DNA of 54,872 nucleotides from an uncultured Gammaproteobacteria bacterium (GTDB lineage: Bacteria > Pseudomonadota > Gammaproteobacteria > CAYTUN01). Of this stretch, positions 1 through 8,464 are shown piece by piece; positions within the stretch are counted from its first letter, which is position 1, and every line of letters begins with the position of its first letter. The stretch is taken from the NCBI GenBank assembly GCA_964441315.1, contig CAYTUN010000003.1, positions 1-54,872 on the forward strand, given 5' to 3'. The notes beneath the pieces are model-generated. The model searched no databases. It was not told where the DNA came from and saw only the letters and a list, made by a program, of their open reading frames with translations. The position numbers were made by a program, and so were the translations under genes.

Positions 1-55
1 CATTGCATTGCATTGCATTGCATTGCATTGCATTGCATTGCATTGCATTGCATTG
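1..55. repeat. (CATTG)11 pentanucleotide microsatellite, runs off the window start
   Basis: Eleven perfect CATTG units read directly from position 1. Confidence 0.95.
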
Positions 56-140
56 AAGTTTATTTGATTGGCAGATGTTATCAGAGTTGTCCTTCTCCCC
101 TTGCGGGAGAAGGTGCCCGTAAGGGCGGATGAGGGGTGAT
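56..140. repeat. Family A REPIN-like element, right arm plus part of spacer
   Basis: CCTTCTCCCCTTGCGGGAGAAGGTGCCC..GGGCGGATGAGGGGTGAT at 91-140, preceded by spacer sequence (GCAGATGT) also seen in the copies at 20170, 38586 and 47722. Confidence 0.9.
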
Positions 141-192
141 CTAAAATGCCAAAAATTAGCATAAAAAGTTGCAATTTTATTTATAAAATAAC

Positions 193-675
193 TTAATCCC
201 GAAAATTAATATATTGCAACGGTCTTTCAAATTCCGCCTTCCTTAAAAACTGAATCACCAATTGCAAATCATCACGATTTTTACCAGAAACACGCAATTC
301 ATCGCCTTGAATACTCACCTGCACTTTAAATTTCTGGTCCTTAATTATTTTGCTTAATTTTTTCGCTGCCTCAGAATTTAAACCCGGCTGTAATTTAACA
401 ATTTGTGTCGCATGATTCAGCGCAGTTTTAATTTGATCAAATTCGAGAAAACGCACATCAATATTACGCTTGGCTAACTTGGTAATCAAAATATCTTTCA
501 TCTGCTTAACCTGAAAATCATTTTGCGCGCTTAAAAGTATTTGGTCAGTTTTAAGCTCGAACTTTGCATTCGAATCTTTAAAATCAAACCGGCTACCGAC
601 TTCGCGTGAAGCCTGATCGACTGCATTGGTCAGTTCTTGTTTATCGAATTGTGAAACCACATCAAATGAAGGCAT
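193..675 (-). CDS. yajQ: YajQ family nucleotide/c-di-GMP-binding protein
   Basis: MPSFDVVS start, RFDFK, IQGDELRVSGKNRDDLQ and C-terminal NFRD; 160 aa. Confidence 0.95.
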   Translation of the reverse strand: MPSFDVVSQFDKQELTNAVDQASREVGSRFDFKDSNAKFELKTDQILLSAQNDFQVKQMKDILITKLAKRNIDVRFLEFDQIKTALNHATQIVKLQPGLNSEAAKKLSKIIKDQKFKVQVSIQGDELRVSGKNRDDLQLVIQFLRKAEFERPLQYINFRD

Positions 676-697
676 GGGCTTTCTCCTTTTTTAGTGC

Positions 698-787
698 TGG
701 CGGAGAGGGTGGGATTCGAACCCACGTGGGCAGTGATGCCCCAGCCGATTTCGAGTCGGAGCCATTTAACCGCTCTGGCACCTCTCC
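698..787 (-). tRNA. tRNA-Ser(CGA)
   Basis: Reverse complement GGAGAGGTGCCAGAGCGG...CCGA-CTCGAAA-TCGG, long variable arm, GGTTCGAATCC, ends CCA; 90 nt. Confidence 0.95.
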
Positions 788-912
788 AAGAATGAAATGC
801 GATACTAACGATAAATCTTTCACTTCACAATAATCAGCCTGGCGGCTGATTGGTTCGACTGCCTAGGGTTAGGTTGTTTGATCAGGCAAATTGCATATTC
901 TTATTTGCAAAT

Positions 913-949
913 CTGGATAAATTGTCAATTTAATTGACAATTTATCCAG
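913..949. promoter_or_regulatory. Perfect 18-bp inverted repeat between purC and tRNA-Ser (operator-like or hairpin)
   Basis: CTGGATAAATTGTCAATT-T-AATTGACAATTTATCCAG; function unknown. Confidence 0.45.
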
Positions 950-1027
950 CACAAGATTGACGAAATCAACCAAGTTGTATTTTCAGCACTCTCAGTCAAA
1001 ATCCTGCCAAACTTAAAACGTGCTTTT

Positions 1028-1747
1028 TCAGCGGGAACCGCTGATGCCTAACCGTTCTGAAACGATTTTGTAATGCTCAATCACATCACCCAAATCACGA
1101 CGAAAGCGGTCTTTATCGAATTTTTCCAAGGTTTTAGCGTCCCATAAGCGACAACCATCAGGCGTAATTTCATCGCCTAAAATAATTTCACCATGATAGC
1201 GGCCAAATTCCAATTTGAAATCAACTAATAAAATGCCGGCTTTTTCGAATAGTGGTTGCATTAATTGATTAATTTTTAATGTGAGTTTTTTAATTTTTTC
1301 CAATTCTTCAGTAGTCGCTAATTTTAAAGCAATGGCAACCGATTCATTGATTAAGGGATCGCCTAATTTGTCGTCTTTTAAAAATAATTCGTAAACTGGC
1401 GGGGCCAGTTTAAGTCCTTCTTCGATACCAAGGCGTTTTGACAAATTACCAGCGGTGTAATTTCTTACTATTGCTTCGACTGGGATAATTTCGATTTTCT
1501 TCATCAAAGCATGAGTATCATCCCATTGCTTGATAAAATGCGTCGGAATATCAGCTTTAGCTAAATATTCCATCATAAAACTATTGAAACGATTATTGGT
1601 TTTACCTTTTTCAGCCAAACTTGCTTTTTTAAGCGCATTAAATGCGGTCGCATCATCACGAAATTCAACTAATACTTCATCAGGATTTTCGGTGGTGTAA
1701 AGCGATTTTGATTTGCCGGAATAAATTAATGTTTTTTTTTCTGTCAT
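1028..1747 (-). CDS. purC: Phosphoribosylaminoimidazolesuccinocarboxamide synthase
   Basis: YSGKSKSLY, FRDDATAFN, LVDFKLEFG, DEITPDGCRLWD, DKDRFRRDLG motifs. Confidence 0.97.
   Translation of the reverse strand: MTEKKTLIYSGKSKSLYTTENPDEVLVEFRDDATAFNALKKASLAEKGKTNNRFNSFMMEYLAKADIPTHFIKQWDDTHALMKKIEIIPVEAIVRNYTAGNLSKRLGIEEGLKLAPPVYELFLKDDKLGDPLINESVAIALKLATTEELEKIKKLTLKINQLMQPLFEKAGILLVDFKLEFGRYHGEIILGDEITPDGCRLWDAKTLEKFDKDRFRRDLGDVIEHYKIVSERLGISGSR
1029..1043. repeat. 15-bp mini-palindrome (A/T)GCGG[TTC/GAA]CCGCT family; copies at 1029, 5847, 5983, 15378, 18327, 19289, 37581, 46837
   Basis: Eight near-identical copies of CAGCGGTTCCCGCTG or its reverse complement, often with complementary A/T flanks that extend the stem. 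Confidence 0.85.
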
Positions 1748-3396
1748 GGTAAAACTCGATAAAGTCGTTTGAGATCATTTTCCACGACATAATTGCCTTT
1801 TGCATCATACATCGTGACTAAGGTGGTATCGCCTAAAGAATATAATCTAACGCGAAAAACTGGCGTATCGCGCTGATAAAGTCCGCGAGTGCGTGTTCTA
1901 TCAGCAACATAATAAGAAGTCAAATAAGGGTCGCGGTACATAACGGTATAGCCTGCTGTCGTCAACCCAACCCCAACCTGCCGCCAGGCGATTAAAATCG
2001 GCTGATGAATCACGATAGTATTAACCCGCCAATTTTTATTAGCCTGATCAAGTTTTTTTTGTTCTGCGATACGCGCTAAATCTGTTGAAATTGAAACTTT
2101 AAATGGCGTCGCATTATTTAAAATAATTTTATTGTTTCTGGCGAAAGATACTGCCGCTGGCGCGGCAGCGACAGTGTTTGGCAGGGTTTTTATAGTAGGT
2201 TTTGCATTGTTTGTGTTTGTTGGGATCGAAGGCATTTTTAAGGGTTTTATTAAAACCGGTTCATTAATAGGGTTGATAGTTTCTTGGTCAGAATTTTTTA
2301 TTAATTGATCACGCAAATTAATTTTTTCAGTTTTTAATACTGGCTGCGGTGAAAGCATTGCGGTAGCTACTTCTGAAAAGCGTACTGGCGCCTGCGGCGC
2401 CAGCGAGGGTGTTTGTGATGTTGGCTGCGGGGTTGTTTGATCGGCGCTTTGGCTTTGTTCGGGTTTTTCTGTTGGAGGTGAGGTGGGAGAGGAGGGCTTT
2501 TGAGTTAGTGCTGATGGTTTAACTTTTTGGGCTTTTATTTCATTACTTTTTTGTATTTCTAATTTAGGTGCTTCACCCAGAGCGTCCATTTTCCTTGATA
2601 CCAGGCTTTGAGTGGTATCCGGAGAAGGTTTGATTTCTTCTTGAGTTTGTAAAGATGCATCAATTTTTTGTTCTTTTATTTCACTACTGTTTTTTACCGC
2701 TAATTTAGACGTTTCAATCGCAGTTTCTACTCCCTTTGATGCCAGGTTTTGGCCGATATGCGAAGAAGCCTGAGTTTCATCTCCGGTTAATGCAGATGAT
2801 TTAATTTGCTGTTCTTCAGTTACATGACTATTATGCACCACCAATTCAGACGCCCCAGCTGTAGCTTCGATCCCCTTTGATGCCAGGCTTTGCCTGGCAT
2901 TTTGCCTGGCATGATAATTAGTTTGAAATAAACGATTAATAAATGAAAAATGATAGATTTGTTCAGAAATAGATATTGGTTTTTTTTCAGTCGTTTTAAT
3001 TGGTGTTAATTTTTCTTTGGTGGATTTTTTTGTTATTTGTTTTTGTTGTGAAATAATAGGTTGGTTAATTATTGGATGAATATTTTTTTTATTTTGCGAT
3101 GATTTAATGAATTTGCTTTTCTCTGACGGAGACTTAACAGCTATCGTTTGAGGTTTATCACGAGGAATGGTGACGATCGTATTGCCAATTTGAATCAATT
3201 CAGTATTACTAAGCGGCGATTGACGAACCACAATTTCTTTTTGTTTCCCAGGCATTACACCGTTTCGTATTTTTGCAATATTTGCCGATTTTAAATCTTC
3301 AGGCGTGACAATAATGATAACGGTTTCGCGAGTCACACAAGCACTCAATAATAAACAGCCAAAAATAAGTGCAAAAAATCTATTTATGATTCGCAC
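1744..3396 (-). CDS. Lipoprotein with C-terminal BamC/NlpB-like domain and long low-complexity repeat linker
   Basis: Lipobox LLLSAC; occupies the dapA-purC (bamC) position; C-terminal W.QVG..L..AG motif shared with the neighbour. GTG at 3396 preferred over TTG at 3414 (AGGTG upstream). Confidence 0.65.
   Translation of the reverse strand: MRIINRFFALIFGCLLLSACVTRETVIIIVTPEDLKSANIAKIRNGVMPGKQKEIVVRQSPLSNTELIQIGNTIVTIPRDKPQTIAVKSPSEKSKFIKSSQNKKNIHPIINQPIISQQKQITKKSTKEKLTPIKTTEKKPISISEQIYHFSFINRLFQTNYHARQNARQSLASKGIEATAGASELVVHNSHVTEEQQIKSSALTGDETQASSHIGQNLASKGVETAIETSKLAVKNSSEIKEQKIDASLQTQEEIKPSPDTTQSLVSRKMDALGEAPKLEIQKSNEIKAQKVKPSALTQKPSSPTSPPTEKPEQSQSADQTTPQPTSQTPSLAPQAPVRFSEVATAMLSPQPVLKTEKINLRDQLIKNSDQETINPINEPVLIKPLKMPSIPTNTNNAKPTIKTLPNTVAAAPAAVSFARNNKIILNNATPFKVSISTDLARIAEQKKLDQANKNWRVNTIVIHQPILIAWRQVGVGLTTAGYTVMYRDPYLTSYYVADRTRTRGLYQRDTPVFRVRLYSLGDTTLVTMYDAKGNYVVENDLKRLYRVLP
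2500..2890 (-). repeat. Three degenerate 141-bp (47-aa) coding tandem repeats
   Basis: CCCTTTGATGCCAGG at 2732 and 2873, diverged copy at 2591; peptides QSLASKG/QNLASKG/QSLVSRK. Boundaries approximate. Confidence 0.8.
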
Positions 3397-3414
3397 AATT
3401 TCACCTGAGGTCAA

Positions 3415-4059
3415 TTAAGGCAAATTATTATACAAACGTTTTAGCGTATCACTTCCTGCGCTCGCGCCAGATGCTTCTTGAATCGTAATCATTGTCGTTT
3501 GACCAACGGGTAAAAGTTTCACTTGTAACACGGGCGTATCGCCGGCGTATTTACCACCGCTGGCTTTTTTATCTGCGACAAAATACGCGTTGAGTGAATT
3601 GTCCTGTTGCATGATTTCAAAACCGGCAGCTTTTAAAGCACCGCCAACTTGTCCCCAGGTTTTGCCTACCGGTTGATTAACGAGAATCGAGCCTGCCTGC
3701 AATTGTTTGCCAGTCGCAGGCGCTGCCTGCGAAGGGGGTGCGCTATTAATAGCAGTTTTACTCAAATCGGAAGAAACGCTCATACTGGCGCCAGCGCCAG
3801 CTATCGCTGGCGCGGGGTTGTTGGTGGGATTAGCTGCCAAGGGTTCTGTGGTAGTTATGGTTGGGTTTGTTTGTTGAGATTGAGCTGTTGAATTGGGATT
3901 TGGCAGGCTGCTTGAGGTGCTGTTGTCTGCAGCCACAATTGGCTTGTTTTCTAATGGAAAAGTTTGCGCTTCCGTGGAAGCGTGTGGTTCTGATTTAAAA
4001 CTGCAGGCTGATAAAACCAAGCATAAAGTAGATAATAAAATTCCGATTGCTATTCTCAT
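3415..4059 (-). CDS. BamC/NlpB-like lipoprotein (short)
   Basis: Lipobox LVLSAC, directly downstream of dapA, C-terminal TWGQVGGALKAAGFEI; ATG at 4059 with GAGGAAGG upstream. Confidence 0.65.
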   Translation of the reverse strand: MRIAIGILLSTLCLVLSACSFKSEPHASTEAQTFPLENKPIVAADNSTSSSLPNPNSTAQSQQTNPTITTTEPLAANPTNNPAPAIAGAGASMSVSSDLSKTAINSAPPSQAAPATGKQLQAGSILVNQPVGKTWGQVGGALKAAGFEIMQQDNSLNAYFVADKKASGGKYAGDTPVLQVKLLPVGQTTMITIQEASGASAGSDTLKRLYNNLP

Positions 4060-4074
4060 ATTTCCCTTCCTCAA

Positions 4075-4962
4075 TTATTTACAACTATTCAACTCCATGA
4101 ATTTTGCGAGATTCTTTTTTAATAAATCATGATGAACTGCATTTAATGCAGTTAATGGTAAGCGAATACCGGGTTGAATTAAACCTAATTCCGCCATTGC
4201 CCATTTCAAGGGAATCGGATTGGTTTCAACATATAAAGCGCGATTTAAATCAGCGAGTTCCTGCTGTAAATTCCAGGTTTTTTTCTTGTCACCGCTTAAT
4301 GCAGCCGCCACTAAATCATGATTTTTTTCCGGCAAAAGATTGCCGATGACAGAAACGACACCCTTGCCGCCTAACAACATAAAATCCGCTGCCGTCAAAT
4401 CGTCACCACTTAATAAATCAAATTGATCATGGCATTGATTTAATATCACGCCAACACGCGATAGATCGCCAGTCGCTTCTTTAATACCAACAATATTGGA
4501 AATTTCGGTGAGACGAATCACCGTTTCCGGTTTTAAATCACAAGCCGTGCGGCTGGGAACATTGTATAAAATCTGCGGAATCGGCACGTTTTGCGCTACC
4601 GTTTTATAATGTTGATAAAGTCCCTCTTGCGTCGGTTTGTTATAAAAAGGCGTCACGATCAGGCAAGCATCAGCGCCGCATTCCATCGCCTGCTGCGTTA
4701 ATTCAACCGTAGCTTGAGTAGATTGTTGGCCAGTACCGACAATAATCGGCAGGCGCGCGCGCGCGACTGAAACTGCCAAGCGAATCAGCTTTTGCCGTTC
4801 TTCCAGCGTCAGCGAGGCGCCCTCCCCGGTCGAGCCAATAATCACCAAACCATCAGTTTTATGCGCCACATGCCATTCAATCAAACGGGAAAAACTTTCG
4901 TAATCAATTTGCTGGTTTGCCAGCATTGGTGTCGCAAGCGCTACGATACTGCCGTGGAACAT
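4075..4962 (-). CDS. dapA: 4-hydroxy-tetrahydrodipicolinate synthase
   Basis: GSTGEG, TPFYNKPTQEGLYQHY, LYNVPSRT, GIKEATGD, ETNPIPLK. Confidence 0.98.
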   Translation of the reverse strand: MFHGSIVALATPMLANQQIDYESFSRLIEWHVAHKTDGLVIIGSTGEGASLTLEERQKLIRLAVSVARARLPIIVGTGQQSTQATVELTQQAMECGADACLIVTPFYNKPTQEGLYQHYKTVAQNVPIPQILYNVPSRTACDLKPETVIRLTEISNIVGIKEATGDLSRVGVILNQCHDQFDLLSGDDLTAADFMLLGGKGVVSVIGNLLPEKNHDLVAAALSGDKKKTWNLQQELADLNRALYVETNPIPLKWAMAELGLIQPGIRLPLTALNAVHHDLLKKNLAKFMELNSCK

Positions 4963-4994
4963 AACATTTCCTTTTAATTTAACTTTAACGCCAC

Positions 4995-5177
4995 TATACC
5001 CAAAACGGATAGGTTTTAGGTGTTATTGCGCCGAGTGATGCGTGAGATTGCCACGTTTTGATTGAGCAAAAGTGAAGGAATAGTTGTTCTATTTCGAGCT
5101 TTTGCGATTGAAAAACGTGGCAAGATCGCGCGTCAATCGGATGCAAGAACGCCTAAAACCTATCCGTTTTGGGTATA
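4995..5177. mobile_element. Family D MITE-like palindromic element (TATACCCAAAACGGATAGGTTTTAGG termini)
   Basis: 26-bp perfect terminal inverted repeats and an imperfect palindrome throughout; partial copies at 19343 and 46906; no transposase. Confidence 0.8.
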
Positions 5178-5311
5178 TGTTAATTGGAATTTTTAAAGCG
5201 CGCAAAATAATTCCATTCGTGTCAACCAATAAATTTTACGAGTTGATCGCCCGCCTGACTACGTTATAATCGAGCCCACTCATTTTTCTTAAGCTTCGTT
5301 TGGAACCATCG

Positions 5312-5842
5312 ATGGAATATTTAGCAGTCTCAACCATATTACATTCACAAGATCGCTTATTAAGCGAATTATTATTCAGCATCCGCAAATTGGAATGCAG
5401 CATCCAGGACAGCCGGATCACGCGTTTAGGCCATGAATTTGGCGCGATTATTTTGATTAAAGGCAATTGGAGCGCGATCGCCCGCCTGGAATCAAAACTG
5501 GAAAAAATGCGCGATGAAGAACAAATCCCGCTATTTTACAAACGCACCAGCAGCAGCTACGAAGGTGGCCAGCGCCTGCCTTACCTGGTGCAAGTCATTG
5601 GATTAGACAGCCCGGGATTAATTTATGAAGTAATGCATTTTTTTGTGATGCAGGATATTGTAGTGAATGATTTACAAAGCAATCCTTTTACCGCGAATTA
5701 CACCAAAACCACAATGATGACCATCATTATCAGCATCAACATTCCGGCAGAATTAAGCATCACCGATTTACGCGAACGCTTTATGATTTTGTGTGATGAT
5801 TTAAATGTTGATGGGATTTTGGAGCCGGAGAAACGGCTATAA
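5312..5842 (+). CDS. gcvR: Glycine cleavage system transcriptional repressor (tandem ACT domains)
   Basis: CSIQDSRITRLGHEF, GNWSAIARLE, GLDSPGLI; conserved position divergent from dapA and upstream of bcp. Confidence 0.9.
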   Translation: MEYLAVSTILHSQDRLLSELLFSIRKLECSIQDSRITRLGHEFGAIILIKGNWSAIARLESKLEKMRDEEQIPLFYKRTSSSYEGGQRLPYLVQVIGLDSPGLIYEVMHFFVMQDIVVNDLQSNPFTANYTKTTMMTIIISINIPAELSITDLRERFMILCDDLNVDGILEPEKRL

Positions 5843-6011
5843 TTTTCAGCGGTTCCCGCTGAAACAAAGTGGTGGTTGGGTTTGGTTCTGGCATTTTGGC
5901 TGAATACTGGTTGGATACTTTTTTTCACATTTGAGAATGGTAAATTTTTTGTGAACGTTGTTAAACCTTGAGATTACTTTTTATAGCGGGAACCGCTATC
6001 TGGAGATGAAA

Positions 6012-6479
6012 ATGGCAGTGAAATTAAATGAAGTGGTTAAAGATTTTTCATTTGAAGCCACCAATGGCCTTAAAGGCAAATTAAGTGATTTTAAAGGCAA
6101 AAATGTTGTTCTTTATTTTTATCCCAAAGACAACACCAGCGGCTGCACCTTAGAAGGTCAAAATTTCCGTGATCATATTAAAGATTTTCAAAAATTGAAT
6201 ACCGTTATTCTAGGCCTCTCCCGTGATGATTTAAAAAGCCATGAAAAATTCAAAAGCGAGCAATGTTTTCCGTTTGATTTAATCAGCGATGAAGATGAAA
6301 AAATTTGCGAACTGTTTGGTGTGATGAAGATGAAAAACATGTACGGCAAACAAGTGCGTGGTGTTGAGCGGAGTACGTTTTTGATTGATGCGAATGGGAA
6401 GTTGTGCGCGGAATGGCGTGGGGTGAAGGTGGATGGGCATGTGGCGGAAGTGTTGGCGGAAGTTAAAAAGTTAAAATGA
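6012..6479 (+). CDS. bcp: Thioredoxin-dependent peroxiredoxin BCP
   Basis: VLYFYPKDNTSGCT, ERSTFLID; ATG at 6012 follows GGAG. Confidence 0.95.
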   Translation: MAVKLNEVVKDFSFEATNGLKGKLSDFKGKNVVLYFYPKDNTSGCTLEGQNFRDHIKDFQKLNTVILGLSRDDLKSHEKFKSEQCFPFDLISDEDEKICELFGVMKMKNMYGKQVRGVERSTFLIDANGKLCAEWRGVKVDGHVAEVLAEVKKLK

Positions 6480-6481
6480 GC

Positions 6482-6541
6482 CTAGGGCCTGTTTACAATT
6501 GCTTTTTCGTTACGAAAAAAGCAATTGTAAACAGGCCCTAG
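6482..6541. mobile_element. Family E MITE, internally deleted 60-bp copy; may act as bidirectional terminator
   Basis: CTAGGGCCTGTTTACAATTGCTTTTT..AAAAAGCAATTGTAAACAGGCCCTAG; same ends as 30019-30178; lies between convergent genes. Confidence 0.8.
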
Positions 6542-6550
6542 TATTAGAGG

Positions 6551-8092
6551 CTATTTCCTCAATGTTCCTGCATTTAGAGAGCCATTTTTAGTCATACTAG
6601 ATCTATCTTTCCAAAATAGTAATTTATCTGTAAAGTTTTTAAAGGAAGATCTCCGAGTAATTTCTCCTTTTTCTTTGTCTGATATTTCAGATTTTACTTC
6701 TCGCTCTCCTTTAATTGCTTTATCTGGCTCAACTACACCAGCCTCTCTGCCTAACCGAACTAATTGATCAGCTAAAAATTTTTTATGTTCTTCTATAACC
6801 TCAGCAGGAAATAATACTAAATTTCCTTCGTAAATCGCTTTTATTTCATCTTTTTGCGCCATATCTTGCTGAAATGCAAATGCGTATAAGCTATATATTT
6901 TTTTTAAAACTTCTAGCGCTTGTTTTTTATAAAAGCCTTCTTCATCGACTGATAACGTTTGGTAATGTTCAGAATTCTCAGAAGGAATATTGTTATAACC
7001 TGTCGTCTCCTGTTGAACCTTGGTTGCAACCTGATCTTTAATTCCTACTAACATACTATTGCATTGACTTAATATATTTTTCACCCACAAGGCGACTGTC
7101 TCAGGATAGTATAGATAAATAGCAGCCAAATAATTTTTGATGCTTGCTTCATCTTCCTCAAAAAACTGCCTTAATCGGTAGAACAATAAAAACAACTCAA
7201 GAGCTTTATTAGAATCAAGCAACAAGGGTGAAGTGGCAAAAGCTTGGATCTGACTCCAAGGCAAACAAGGATCTTGATCAAGTTTACAGTGCTTAATTAA
7301 TTCAATATGACTAACAAAATCAACCACTTTCCCCTTGGTGAAAGCAGCGGCTTGCTTGAAACAATCCAGCTCAAAGTTTTTCTCTTTATTCAATAAATCC
7401 CGCTGCAATAAACATAAACAATACACATGCAAAATAAATTCATTCTCAATTTTAGCGTCATCACTCTTGAAACCAAATTGAATAATAAAAATTGTAAAAA
7501 AGTGTGGTAACAAGCTTACAAGAGCTTCTGGATTTCTAGCGAATAATTGTTTACAAATTGATTGATTAAATACTATTGCCCTAAAATTCTCAGGAACAAT
7601 TTTGTGTGAGTGATTGGCATATTTAGAAGGATCGATTAACGAATTTCTAAAATTTAGCAAATCAACGTAAGCGCTGATCCAATTCACTAATCCTTCGATT
7701 TGTTCTTTACCTAAAAACTTGCTAAATTGCCCTTCAGCCAGCATTTGCCAATTGCTATTAAAATACTCATTTAAAAATCCATATTCTAACAGAATACAAA
7801 ATAGCAATTTAATTTGCTCGGGGTCAAAACTTAACTTTTTAGATTTTCTCCGATTATTTTTTTCAGAAGACATGAAAATGGTTGAGAAAAGATTAGCCAG
7901 AGCCTGAAAATATTTTTGATTAAAGTTGGAATCACCGCGGTATGTTTTAAGCAAAGTCCTCAATCTTAAGCAATCGATAGCATCACCGATTGCTGCATTA
8001 AAGTTATTGCTTAATATCTTATCAAAGATTCGTCCGTATAAGCTTTTTATGTCTTGATCAATGCCTAAGTCGGATGACAATAATTCTTCCAT
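6551..8092 (-). CDS. Hypothetical protein (about 513 aa), orphan effector-like
   Basis: Long AT-rich ORF; ATG at 8092 with GGAGG upstream; no family recognised. Confidence 0.75.
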   Translation of the reverse strand: MEELLSSDLGIDQDIKSLYGRIFDKILSNNFNAAIGDAIDCLRLRTLLKTYRGDSNFNQKYFQALANLFSTIFMSSEKNNRRKSKKLSFDPEQIKLLFCILLEYGFLNEYFNSNWQMLAEGQFSKFLGKEQIEGLVNWISAYVDLLNFRNSLIDPSKYANHSHKIVPENFRAIVFNQSICKQLFARNPEALVSLLPHFFTIFIIQFGFKSDDAKIENEFILHVYCLCLLQRDLLNKEKNFELDCFKQAAAFTKGKVVDFVSHIELIKHCKLDQDPCLPWSQIQAFATSPLLLDSNKALELFLLFYRLRQFFEEDEASIKNYLAAIYLYYPETVALWVKNILSQCNSMLVGIKDQVATKVQQETTGYNNIPSENSEHYQTLSVDEEGFYKKQALEVLKKIYSLYAFAFQQDMAQKDEIKAIYEGNLVLFPAEVIEEHKKFLADQLVRLGREAGVVEPDKAIKGEREVKSEISDKEKGEITRRSSFKNFTDKLLFWKDRSSMTKNGSLNAGTLRK

Positions 8093-8221
8093 AGCATAAT
8101 CCTCCTTGATGATGCATGATTTTTTATTTTTTTGTATTTTATCTAATAAAAATGCAATAAACCTTAAAGCTCCCTCACGAATTGACCCCCGCCACAAAAA
8201 CCGCTATGTTGACAACCCCAA

Positions 8222-8298
8222 GCCCCGGTAGTTCAGCTGGATAGAACAGCCCCCTCCTAAGGGGCAGGTCGGCGGTTCAAATCCGCCCTGGGGCGCCA
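8222..8298 (+). tRNA. tRNA-Arg(CCT)
   Basis: GCCCCGGTAGTTCAGCTGGATAGAAC..GCCCC-CTCCTAA-GGGGC..GGTTCAAATCC..GGGGCGCCA; 77 nt. Confidence 0.96.
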
Positions 8299-8464
8299 GG
8301 TTTGCTTATGGCGAGCTTACAATTGCAATTCAACTCTTTCTCTAACAAACGTCAACTCTATTTAAAAACAAATCAATTAAGTTATACTCTTGCTTAATCT
8401 TCAGTTAAGAATTTTTATTAGAAGAAATTCAACGTCACTATAATAAATATAATAAGGAAAAAAA

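Noticed and set aside
606..833. 75-aa ORF on + strand
   Set aside because: Antisense to tRNA-Ser and the yajQ start.
5084..5269. 61-aa ORF and the N-terminal extension of phhA (30118-30204)
   Set aside because: Both are read through MITE sequence.
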